Assembly (NCBI GenBank): GCA_051362555.1
Contig: CM120645.1
Location: forward strand, 12,338,001-12,402,000
Direction of reading: 5' to 3'
From: Lingula anatina
Lineage: Eukaryota; Animalia; Brachiopoda
DNA length: 64,000 nt
The position numbers were made by a program, and so were the translations under genes. This document shows positions 1 through 12,247 of the stretch, in pieces. Position 1 is the first letter of the stretch. Each line of letters opens with the position of its first letter. The notes under the pieces are model-generated. The model searched no databases. It was not told the origin of the DNA and saw only the letters and a program-made list of their open reading frames with translations.

Positions 1-215
1 GTTAAAAAATATGAAAATTAAAAGAAAAATATTAATTTCTTTTGATTGGTACACTAGCTGCCAATTTTGGATTCTTTTAGTGGAATACAATATTTTGTGT
101 TATAAAACATTCATAATACCTTAAATTGTCATAAACATATGCCAGCTAAATAAGATAAGACAGGGAATATATAATACATCTTACAGTAAATAAATAATAA
201 ATAAACTTATCATAA

Positions 216-816
216 AGCTCTACTGAATATTTGGTACTTTTGTAGTATACCCCCCACCCTGTAACTTCCTGAAACTTTCATTTTTCAAACATTTTTTTAC
301 TTTGTCTTTTTCACCTATGTCAAAGCTGTTGAAATAAAATGTTTTTGTAATTACCTGTGGTCTTTTTATTAGTTTAATCACGTTTAATCCACCCCATTGA
401 AATACAATGTGAAAATTTACAATGTATCTGCAGTCAATAACTTGCAGCATTTTCGTTGGCTAACTCTAACTTATTTTATGTGAACATAAGATTGATACAT
501 TGTATACTTGGACTTCCTCTGTGAAATTATTATGAGCTACTTGTTCACATAAAATTACCTTAGAGTTAGCCAACGAAAACGCGGCAAGTTATTGACTGCG
601 GGTGTAAATTGAAGATTCTAACATTGTATTTCAATGGGCTGGATTAAACGTGATTAAAACTAATGAAAAGTCCACAGGTAATTACAAAAGCATTTTATTT
701 CAACAGCTTTGACATAGATGAACAAGAAAATGTAAAAAACTGTTTGAAAAGTGAAAGTTACAGAAAGTTACAGGGTGGGGGGGTATACCACAAAAGTACC
801 GAATATTTTAATAGCT
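216..816. mobile_element. ~600-bp fold-back (long inverted repeat) MITE-like element
   Basis: 216-~490 is an imperfect reverse complement of ~540-816 (e.g. ggtacttttgtagtatacccccc...ctgtaactt vs aagttacagggtggggggtataccacaaaagtacc; ttttcgttggctaactctaa vs ttagagttagccaacgaaaa). No ORF of note. Confidence 0.85.
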
Positions 817-972
817 GCTAATATGAACTCCACTCGTTAACAACTGGTCCACAAATTAATACAAATGATATCATGATAAGCATTCAATTGTATTAACTTA
901 TCAAATGCATACAAAATGATATTCTGTAACTATTCCACATTCTAAATTATTGATGACAAGCCCGCTACCTAC

Positions 973-1394
973 CCAGAGCTTGACAGGCGTCTGTAGTCAT
1001 GGTGTGTACGTTTTCGTTTCCCCATGTCAGGCGTTACCGGCGACTCGGTTTTTGGCTCACTGCAGCCTGTGCTTGATTGGTTTTCAGTGGATGAGTGTCG
1101 CTGTGGAGTGACCTCGCCCTTTTCAGGGCCACTGGTATCCTCATCCATGCTCTCGTCTGTTTTGTTTTCGTCCTTGGTTGAGAAGTGGCACTGCTGTCCA
1201 GGCAAATTACGGAAACTTTTCGGGTCTCTTGCTGCATTTGACAACTTATTTTCCACGACTGTAGCCGGTTTATTTGATGTATCTACTTCAGGTGCGTCAT
1301 TCTCTTTGGCAGTCACATTTTCCTTTTGTATAATGTCAAAGATATTCTGGTTGCTTTCCACTCGAGGCGACAGAGACACGCTCGATTCCGCCAT
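973..1394 (-). CDS. First coding exon of an unidentified gene (low-complexity S/T/E-rich N-terminus, basic KRKR motif); gene continues beyond the window start
   Basis: ATG in good context (accatcATGG), about 140 open codons in a GC-elevated stretch, ending ...KRKRTHHDYRRLSSS-G at donor gg|GTAGGT (intron starts 972). Family not recognised. Confidence 0.7.
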
Positions 1395-1631
1395 GATGGT
1401 TTTTAAACCTAAATTCCCCGGATATTGCCCAAAACCTAGTGAAAATAATAGCCTACCTCTGATTGGTTAAACTTTAGCTTGGACCTACGGACGTTTCCAA
1501 GTATTGACCAATGAACTTCAACCTCTGTCATAGACTCACGGCCAATGTGCGCGTGCGTTTTCCCGTTCGCGCTCACTTTGTGTGTGAAATAACCCTAGCA
1601 TCGGCTTGGAAACTCCTCCGATCGTGCAGTT
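1395..1631. promoter_or_regulatory. Compact bidirectional promoter between the unknown gene and SET
   Basis: Only 237 bp between divergent ATGs. CCAAT boxes at 1462-1466 (reverse), 1508-1512 and 1542-1546; NRF1-like TGCGCGTGCG at 1548-1557; E2F-like TTTTCCCG at 1558-1565; locally CpG-rich. Confidence 0.7.
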
Positions 1632-4600
1632 ATGGCCACAGATTCGGGGCCAGAGGCGAAGGTGGCCAAGCTCGATAGCTCAGAGGGTGGTGATTACGAT
1701 AACGACACTCAACGGTCCTTGGAAGACATCGACGCTTGTCAAAATGAGATAGATGCCCTCAACGAGAAGGCCAGCGAGGAAATTCTGCAGGTGGAACAGA
1801 AGTACAACAAGCTCAGGAAACCGCATTTTGAGACCCGCAATGCCCTGATACAGAAGATACCGAATTTTTGGGTCACTGCAGTATCCTTTATCTGTTTTAT
1901 GTGAGATTTTCTCTCTAAATTAATGTTTTGCACAAAAAGAGTTAAAGCTGCAAAGTACATTTCTAGTCTTATACTGCTGAAAAACGTGCTAGGTTGAACA
2001 ATGAGAAGGCAGTTATCTCAGAATCAAATTGCAGTTATGTAGTTATAGACGTCTAAGAATGTAATAGTATTATAGAAAATATAGATGTTGTGAATATTGA
2101 TATGGAGTGGAAACTTTGTGCAAATGCTTTTATGCATAATTATCATTTTCCCTATCTCCAACACCAAGCGGTCCGATTTCTCTCTCTTAATGTCATTTTT
2201 TCCCAGAATTGGAAGCATTTTTGCTAATTGATCATACAATTTTCCTGGAATCTGCATACTTAAATTGAGGGGTTGTAAACTTCTTTTAAACAAAATACCA
2301 AACCAAATTTCCATTTTTCAATGGGAGAAATTCTAAAAGAAAGTTTCAGTAATTTTAATATTTAATGTTAACCTGTTTTGACCAAAAATGCACTTTCAAA
2401 TGTTGAGAGGTTTAATTTTTAGAATTTATTTTATCACATGATGAGCCATGAAATGATTAAATACAGTATAGACTGAGAGATGATTACAGGGTCATATTTT
2501 ACTGTGTAGTAGATCCTTGACTTGGATCAGTTTGTGAACCACCCCCAAGTATCAGCCATCCTACAGGAAGAAGAGGAAGACTGCTTACGGTATCTTACAA
2601 AGGTCAGTTTTTTTTTCTGGAAAAGCAATTTTTTATTTTGAATACCACTCGAGGTTCTGTGAGTGGTGCTCAGGATAAAATTCGCACTCCACAGAGCACT
2701 AAGACACAATTCTTTTTCCATTTATATATCTTATTTTATCATCCAGAAATTTAGTTGTTGAGTTTAGAAGCAATATTTTTAAAGTTCATAATTAATATTA
2801 AGTTCTGTTTAGTCATAAAATGCATGGGTCACATGGAGTTTCATTAAAAAAAAAAAAAATTTGTTCTCCAACATTCTTAATACATTTTGGTCACTTATAA
2901 AGAGTGATTCTGTATGTAAATTGTGTTTGTTTGTCTCTACAGTCACTATAACTTAATTGTGTTGAATTGTGATAGATGCTCTGATTGTGTTTATATTCAC
3001 TGTTAAGTCTATTTCATGATTTTGACCCCTATTAGTATGTGTTTAAATGTATATCATTCTATCGTATCAAATGCTACTACGCTATGTTATTATTTTATAC
3101 TTCCAGGTTGAAGTAGAAGAATTTGAAGATATAAAATCAGGGTACAAAATCAACTTGTATTTTCAAGAGAACCCATACTTTGAAAACAGTTTGATAACAA
3201 AAGAATTCCACTTAGCTACATCAGGTAAAGATTGAAAACAAAAAATCACTTACAACTGAGAGTTGATCAATTTCACTGTAAAAATATTTGACAGTAGGTG
3301 TAGAAGATAATTGCTGTTCTTTTGTCAAATGGAAAAATGGCAAAGATACATTATTGTCAAGTGTTTAAAACTGTTGTTAAATCTTTGGTTAAAAACAGTT
3401 TGATAAACCTTAGTAATAAAAGTTATTGAAATTGTCTTCAATATGTATTTTCCATTTTATGTATGATATCATTTAGATGAATCTTACACTGATGAGACTT
3501 TTCTGACATTTGTCGGAATTCCGACTTTTTCGGATTCATTTGGGTCATTCTTGGGAAACGTGTGAATCTGGTGAAGTGTGGAAATTCTACTTCTTCAGTG
3601 AGGTCTGGTCCCATGCCTGATCTTCATGAAACAATTCTCAAAATTTGAGAATACAATACATATTTTCCATTTTATTTATTATATACAAGTTAACCAGAGT
3701 GGTATGGATATTTCCAGGTGACCCAGCCTCAAAGTCCACAGATATCAAATGGAAACCCGACATGAACCTCGTCCATCGCCACGCCACCCGGGAGGCCATG
3801 GGGATGAACAACAGGAAGAGGAAGTTTGGGCCACGACGGAGCTTCTTCACCTGGTTGATTGACAACACAGACCCTTCTGCTGATGATATAGCAGAGGTTG
3901 GTGAAATATTGCCTCTATGAGTTTTAACTCTGTGGGTTCAAGTTTTGAAGAAAGTAATTTTGGAACCTAGCACTCTGTTTTTTCAGAATAAATAATATCA
4001 TCTGTTTTTAAGTACCTTTTGCTGTACATCACATCACGTTTTTAGTGTCATAGACCCATTTCATTTAACAACTAAACCAAGTAAAGGACAGAGTTCAATA
4101 AATTTAAATTTTAATTTTAATTTGCAATCAGTATTTGTAATATCATATGTGTAATATAGCTTTTATTCTTGGAATTCATGGCAAAACCAAATATTTTTTG
4201 TGTTTCTTTTATGTATAACTTTAATATAGATTAATGCATTGTACAACAAAGTATTGGTTTATCTTCCAGGTAATAAAGGACGACATGTGGCCCAACCCCC
4301 TGCAGTATTTCCTAGCACCTGACATTGAGGTGGAAGAAAACGGGTTAGACAGGTGATTTCTCTTTGGAAGGAAAAAAAAAAAAGAAAAAATAGAGAAAGA
4401 AAATGTCACATTCTGTATATACTAGTAACTTCTTCAAAAACAAGATAAAAGGGAAAATGTACTAGTCAGTAAAGTAACAACTCTACAATCCCACTAAATG
4501 TTTTGCAGCAGCATTTGCATTAGTCATCAGGGGTTTTCTCAGGATTGGAGGTACAGGCCGTCCAAAATTATCATCTGTGACTTCCTGCAACATTTTAGGG

Positions 4601-5987
4601 AGTCCAAGCCATCATTTTTCAAAATAAATTCATAAACAACCCAGCCGTCTATGAAAATTTGAACCATCTGGTGATGGCTAGACTGTTTGCTGAGAAAAGC
4701 CATGTTATGAACTTGCAGTATGAGACCTGTAAGCACTGTTGGTAGCTGACTACATGTAAACCTATTGTTATTGCCCAGAGTCTGCTCTCATATTTCAGAC
4801 TTAAAGCATTTATATTTTGTTTTAACTTTGTTTTTTACTCTCTCCATACAGTGAAGAGGAAGAAGATGAGGATGAAGAGGACCTTGACGAGGCAGTGGTA
4901 GAGGTGGGAGAGGATGAAGAAGGTAAATAAACATGATTGACAGCTGTCAGTCAACAAGACCTCAGTATGAACTAAACAGGCTTTGATCATAATTAAAAAC
5001 TTGTTAAATATTTGATCAGGAATAAGTGTTTGTTTTGATTTACAATTTTAAAAGCTTACTTGTGTGATATTTTGGTAATCATGATTTTAATTGGAAGAAT
5101 TTGGGTTCAATTTTCTGTTCTGAAAAGAAATTTGAGAAATCAAGTTGATTCTTTCTCTGAAATGTGCAAGGTCACATCTGCAGCAGCAAACTAACTAGTC
5201 CACAGATCAGATTTGGCCAACCCACTTGAGTGCTTGCTGCGTAATCCCTGTGGTAATCTATTTGGTGTCTATTAGGGGATTACATGGCAAACTTTTAAGT
5301 GGGTTGGCCATATTTGATTGGCCACTGTTCTGAACTAGGCCTAAATAAGTTATTGAGTGTTTTTGTTTTCTTTCTCACAGCTGAGGAATATGAAGAGGAA
5401 GATGAAGAGGAGGAAGAAGTGTATGGGGATGAAGAAGGAGATGAAGGTAATGTTACTTCTGTACTGGGTTGTTAAATTCTCAATATTTATTTCTTTTTTA
5501 TCACAGTCATGTGCATTCATACCTAGATCTTTGGATTATAAGTCACTTAATATATTTGACACTAAGTAGGTACCTGTTTCATGAAGTAGGAACTGATCTC
5601 AGATATCATGAATTGTGATTATAATTTTCGCCAAATGTGTTACATAATTCAATACAAAATGTTAAAATACATTTTTGGAGGAAATAATCTAACCACCAGA
5701 TATTCCAACCATTTTCCCATATAAGGATTTTAGGACTACTGTCAGTATTTATAAACATTATAACTCATGCTTAAAGTGCTTGATATGATTATATGCTAAG
5801 ATATTTGCTTTTTTAAAACTAGTGTGATTTTCTTTTAATTATTCTAAAAGTAAATTTTAATGAAGGTGAAAATTAATATTTTTCTGACAATGTTCATTTT
5901 TCAGTTGAAGGTGAAGAAGTTGAGGAAGAAGAAGTGGAAGATGATGAGGATGTTGAGGGATTGGAGGGAGAAGGGGATGATGATTGA
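1632..5987 (+). CDS. SET: Protein SET / TAF-I / I2PP2A-like histone chaperone (NAP/SET/TSPY family), 8 exons, 306 aa
   Basis: Exons 1632-1880, 2531-2602, 3107-3224, 3718-3896, 4270-4352, 4852-4922, 5381-5446, 5905-5987 (921 nt, phases consistent, all GT-AG). Motifs [92 protein letters not shown] and an acidic E/D tail. Confidence 0.95.
1881..2530 (+). other. U12-type (minor spliceosome) GT-AG intron, SET intron 1
   Basis: 5' splice site GTATCCTTT (1881-1889); branch site TCCTTGAC (2514-2521) about 10 nt before the CAG acceptor; no polypyrimidine tract. Confidence 0.9.
5195..5340. mobile_element. Small palindromic MITE-like relic in SET intron 6
   Basis: atcagatttggccaacccactt ... aagtgggttggccatatttgat and gtaatccc ... 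gggattac are inverted pairs; ctag...ctag ends. Confidence 0.6.
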
Positions 5988-8900
5988 CAGACAGAAAAGA
6001 AGAAATCTAACTTAAAGATAATGACAATAACTTCATACCTGTTATGAACAGGAAGATCTCCTTCATCTCAGACCAATCACATGACTGTCATATGACCATC
6101 ACATGACTTATATATCCATCATATGATTGGTGTTTACAGTGCCATTGCTGTCAACACCAAAGTTTTTTCCTGCCTGTTTGTATAGTCTTTATCAGGCAAT
6201 AAGTGGTAAATGGAGATCCTTATGTACATGTTTATTTGTGTACAGTTATTATTTGTTAGTTATATTATAGAAATGTCTGTGGCTGTAATTTGTAGCACAT
6301 TTAAGAAGTGAGGGAGTAGCATTTTTCTTGTACTCTCCCTGATTAGGACCTAGATGTAAGATAAACTATTTTTGTACAGCTATAGTTAGCGAAGAAGCAG
6401 TTATGTTCTGAACATGATAAACATTTTTGTGTGTGTAAATAGAACAAAGCCTTGGACTTGGATATACAATGTTTGGTACACCTTACAATCACAACACACG
6501 GGTAGGGACCTTCTCACCTCCAGGGGGATATTTTGTCAAGATAAGCCAGTCTCATACTGATTTTATACTGCTACATTGTTGCCAATATGACACTGTTATT
6601 ATTATTATTATTATTTTTAGCAAAACAACTGTGTTTTAAACTAAATTTCACAAAATGACTTATTTTCAGCTAAATGTTATAGCTTAAAAATAACCTGTTT
6701 GAAGTCACAAGATTAAATTGAAACCATGGTTTAGAGTGGAAAAGGGCATTTACTTCTTTGTATGATTTTTGTTATCTATGTATATTTAGAATATGGAATC
6801 TTTTGTTTATTACAAGATGAGGTATAAGTTTGAGTTAGTTACTTTTTCTATAGAATTTTTCTGTAATATTGTAATTTTATGTCATGGATTTAAGATTACA
6901 GACTTGGGTAGTAAATATTGTTAAAATCTCCCATCTGGACATTTTGTGCAGACAGCTTTGATAATGGTAAATGTGTTGGTAAAATGTACAACCTTTGCAG
7001 TACAGACATAAATCTTAAGAATGGATTTGCACTAAAATGTCTTGGTAGTCGCACAAAGCAGATCAGTGTCTGTTTCTGAAAGAATTCATAATCCCAAGCA
7101 TGACTGCAGAATTATTCTCCGAAAAAGGTTCTCTTAGTTTGATAATACCATCTGATGTTATACAGATACATTTCACTGCTGTAAATATAGCTTTAATAAA
7201 AAGGTCACTTTTTATAATTTTTTGGTGTCTTTACTGCAGCAGAAGTAGGTTTGTATCAGAAGTATGTATTTTATTATTATTTTTTTTGGTTGAAAATAGC
7301 TTAAATAATGTCATTTTCTTCCACCATTACTGAAACCTTGGATTTGTAACATGACATCTTCAAAGAAATTTAAATTTTAAAAACTTTCTAGTATAAAAAC
7401 CACCCAATGGCCAGCTCCAGTTATCCCCAGTTAAAATTAAGCCCCTTGGTATATATCAAAACAACTCGGTAAATTTCTCATTACAAAATAAAACTTTAAT
7501 TTTCATCTTTTTAAATGTTGATTTACAATTTTTCATACAGAAACTGTACACAAACAATCTGGAATAATAAAACTAAAATTAGAAACCACATAATATACAC
7601 AATTTGTTCTATCATAAGAACTTCAGGTTACTTGAATATACCAATTGATTCACAATCTCTCAATATTGGAGCAGTTGCCTGATATTATACAGCAGCAATA
7701 TGAAGTAATTCCTATCCTTCCCTTGAAATATACACGACTAATAAACTTTCATGAATTTAAATGACTGATTATCAACTTTAGTGGGTAGGACCTTTCTACA
7801 AAAGCTTACATTAATTATTTTTACTTTAGTAAACTGCATCAGAGATGTGTATTTCTTAGCTTAAACAAGGCACAGTGATGCCCATGCTAATATAGGTATC
7901 TCAATTAAGACATTTAAATGTATTATGTTAATATCTGTAAGCCATTCACTATATCTTAGCACAGTTATGTATGATATATACCCAATATGGGATTAGTTAA
8001 TTCATAATTAGCATTTATGCAAAATAGAAACAGATATTTCAAATCTGTTCCAAAAAATATACTAACCAGGAACACGCAAATACAATTAAGTTTGACAGCA
8101 ACTGACAACCAACATAAAACCCAAGCATTAAGTGTGTGTCCATGATAGGACCAGTCAGAGGGTGGCAAGGTGGGGGTAAACAGATTTCAACCAAATTCAT
8201 AATATTGTTGCATATATAGGAGATATTAAGATTGAAGGCAACAATCCCAAAAGAAATCATTGGATATAATTATAATATGATATTATATGTTTTGGCCATT
8301 TTTGGCTTGATTTTCAGCTTCGGTCAATAAAGCCACTTCATAAGCAAATATGTCAAAACTGATGACTTTTTAAAATTAATTGAAAATTTACCTATTTAAA
8401 CCAGCCATTTGCCATTGAGAATATGTTACTAAACTTCAGTTTAACCCACAAACTTACGAGCCACGTCCATTTTTATAACCCCACCCCCCAAACTCATTTT
8501 TCTACCAAGCAATGTTCAAGCATTCATATCTCTCTTTTTGCAGGGTTGACAGCCATAAAATTGTATAGGGATCCTAAGCATATATTGGTCTCATCATACA
8601 AAATTAAAAAAGTGTGTTAAACACAACAGCAGATATTGAAAAAGTGCCTCAAACTTTAGCAATTTTAGCAGAAAACCAAACGGCCGAAATCAAGATATCA
8701 GTACATTTTGAGATATAATACCTTCCAATAATCAAATTTAATCAAAGACTCACAGCCAGGAATTCAAACTATGCTTTGATAAGGGCAAATCTATCCAATT
8801 TTTATAAATGGCTGCCATCAATTCTGTCCCAAAATACAGTTACCCTAATTCCTCAAAATAATCAAGAGGCCAATTTTTGCAGGTTATTTATTTTGAGATC

Positions 8901-11157
8901 TGTATTACAGGATTGCTCAAATAATATTCTTTTCAAACAGAGCCATACAACTTCTGCATAAATTTAAATTATTAGTGACAACCCCCCCCCCCCCCCCCCC
9001 CCCCCATTTAATGAGTTATTTCTGTGCATATCCAATGTCATCAGCATTGTGTATATACCTTATTTTCAGGGAGCAATAGAGAAAAAAAATTACAAAGGAT
9101 TTTTCTAAAGGGAATGACTGTCTCATTTTATCAGTTTTCTCAAGTGCAACACTAATTAATCCACTTGAAATGATTTATATTGCATTTTTCAACCATTCTT
9201 TTTCCTTTCAAATGATTCATAGGCTTTGTAAATACATGTGATATCTTGATATCTGTATTCCTTTTCTATAAAGAAAATTAAAACAGAGTCAGCAACATAC
9301 AATGACAGGAGGAGAACTTTATTTTCATATTATCAATTGGACAGTAAAAGAACAAAGCAGTTACTTATCACAGGAGTGAAATCAAGTTATGAATCTCCAA
9401 GGTTCCAATATCACGGTCATCTTTTCCATATACTGAACACAACAATGATGGGTAGTGTTCCACAGATTTTAATCTTATAACTGATTGATCCCCAAGTTTC
9501 TTCTTCTGGTTGAGAGATCCAGGGTCTCCTACAGTAATGATAATTCAGCAATCTTAGGATAAGTGTGGTAACTTGAAGCAACATACCACTATAGTTTAGT
9601 GTGACTGAACTGTCAATTGTCAATATTTGTCAATTCAATGGCACCAATCCTCCTTTCCTACAAAACTGACTGAGATTGCCAAGCCTAAGATGCACATTTA
9701 TCATGGGGGATTGTCCCAAGGTGGCTCTAAGTCCAATAAAGGTTTGCCAGGATATCCACTACTGCGTCTACCTGAAGATGGCAGGACAGGCTGTCAAAAG
9801 AAAATGTATTAAACATATTTTAAACTTATGTTAATTGCTGCATAAAAACAATGACTAAATAATATACTGATCAAACATATTGCACAAGTAAACACAATGA
9901 ATGAAAATGAAATCAAATATGCATGATGTAGCTACCAGAATTTCATGATAGAAAGGCAGAGTTGGTGCTCACATCTGAATCTGATGAATTTGCCTGTGCA
10001 ATTTCAGGTGACTCTTCTATTATTGTCTGTAAGATTGTCCAAGTCAAGGTTCACATCCAGGCCTAGGATGTAAAATCTGAAAAATAAACATAACATCAAT
10101 AAATGTTTTACAACAACAAAGGCTAACTGTGTTCAGAATAGAAACTACCATAGCAGGATCAATCCATCTCAGCGGAGTATCACACTCAGGCTCAGTCGTC
10201 GTAATCAGCTTAATTGTCTGGCACACCCCCTTGCAAAGCAACATGAACGACATAATGGACCACAAAGTTTTCCTGATTTTACTAAAGTACTTTTAGTTGT
10301 ACAAGTGTTCTGTGTAATATGTAAGTCTTGAAAATTGAAGCACAGTGTGTTACAAAGTCACATAAATTAAGCTAGGTGGTTAACTTCAACTTCATTGCAA
10401 ACAAACATAAATCTGAAACTAAAACATAAAAAACTGGCACAAGTAACATCGCCTAAAATGCCAAAACTTGAAACTGAATGTGTTACATACCTTAGTTTGA
10501 TTCTGGGTAAGAAATTTGTAAAGAAGCTGTCTACAAGCTCAGTTGTCCTTAACTGTTTGTGTTATGATAACACATGTAACAAAGCCCTAGAATATTTAAT
10601 GCACAAACATACTTCATAAGTTAGATACACAGTTGATTCTTTTCAGCAGACATATTTACCATGAAATAGAAATCAAATAAAATTCTATGAATTGAAATAT
10701 ACCAGTACATCTTTTAATCTTTTATATTACTTTAAAATATTCAAACTTATTATTTAAACTGGTTTGAGTTTTTAGTGTATCTGATTCTATTATATGTATG
10801 CCACCACTGGCCAACAACAGGGTAGGTTATTACTACATAGAAGACAGTACCTGAAATAGTGACAGAACCGACTTTGTCTGTTAATATATATATGATCACT
10901 TACCTTACAACAAACATCCAGAGCTAAATCGATGAGCTGGATATATAGTCTGAAGTGGTTCAACAAAAAAATAAACATTACATTCTTAGGACGACAAGCT
11001 GCTATGGTCATTTCTTGTGATATTCTGGTGCACACCAATCCTTCTGAGATGTACCTAAGCATCTCTAGTGCGTGTTCTTCATAAAATTAAGAAAGCATTA
11101 TGTTTTCACACTGTAAAGACGATGTGCTTTGCTCCACAGTTGCTCCGGTGATAATCC

Positions 11158-12247
11158 TAGTACCCGCCATGTTGAAAATAGGTCACAGAGTTAGCATTGT
11201 TATTTTACATTTAGTTTCTACAACATAAACAAATTTAAAAAATGTATTTTTGCTTCATAAGTTTGTCTGCAGGGCAAACATGATTATTTTAAGGGCTTTT
11301 CACAAACCTATACATGGTTTTGACTTATCAATTTAATTGAAGAAACAGTTTATTATTTAAGTAGTATAAAAATATTCGTTTTTAGGCCCTTTTTAAAATT
11401 GTTATAGTTCTAATTTTACAAGGTTTAATACAGATTTTATTTCACAAAATTTATTTTTCAACCCTTTTCTATCAGCACATACCAAAATTATATGGATACA
11501 ACCTGCAAAAAAGAAGTTGTGTGCATTTAAAGAAGGGGAGGGGGTCAAGCATACGGAAAACATGCCTTATTAGAATCGACCTTGTGTGGTCATGACAGTG
11601 CCTTTTCGAAAAATCTGTACTGGGTATTAAAGGTCTTTCCTTAACCTATCATGTGGCTTACCTAAATAATTCCTTATGATGTACATGTTTTTTTAAAAGA
11701 ATATTTAAAATTATAACTTTTCAAGAGCTAAAAAATGCTATATTTTGGCAAAATTGCCAATAAAAGATCTGCCCCCATATCTCTACAACTAATGATCCAA
11801 AATAAGAAAGCCCGTGGCTCACAATATCTTTCATGTTGATGGTTTACCACAGCAAAAATTATTAAAATCTGCTGACCCCCACCTTGCCGCCTTCTGACTG
11901 ATCTGTCTGGCTTTCTCATGGACGCGCTCTTAAAAGCTAAAAAAACAAGTCCTCAAACCAAAATTGGTTCTTTTCAAAAATTTCAAAATATTCCCTTCGA
12001 AAGGCTTCCACAAAAAGCCATTACTTTATAGTTATACCAGTATGTTGTGTCAGAGCATTTCATCGCTATTTCCCTTGTAACTTTTATTACATATGATGTC
12101 ACCATTAGCCCTTTAAGACAAGGGACCATAATGTGACCTATTTATGAAAGGTACAACCAATGTGACCTACTTAAGAGAGGTACCAAGATGTGACCTATTT
12201 ATAAAAGGTACCGTAAGTGACCCATTTCTGCCAGGCGCCACCTAATT
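11158..12247. mobile_element. Degenerate non-autonomous DNA transposon (hAT-like) between SET and plexin coding ends
   Basis: Imperfect TIRs (tagtacccgcc...gaaaataggtcac / gtgacccatttctgccaggcgccaccta); four ~30-bp subterminal repeats containing gtgacc(t/c)a at ~12130-12230; ATAATCCT at both 11151-11158 and 12248-12255. Confidence 0.55.

Noticed and set aside
1024-1470. 148-aa plus-strand ORF
   Set aside because: Antisense shadow of the minus-strand exon; no splice logic or recognisable motifs.
2437-2480. ATGATGA...CTGA as a C/D box snoRNA in SET intron 1
   Set aside because: Only about 40 nt between boxes, no terminal stem and no recognisable guide.
6137-6142. CAGTGC as an iron-responsive element loop
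   Set aside because: Flanks (gttta/cattg) do not form the IRE upper stem; the hexamer lies in the stem of another hairpin.
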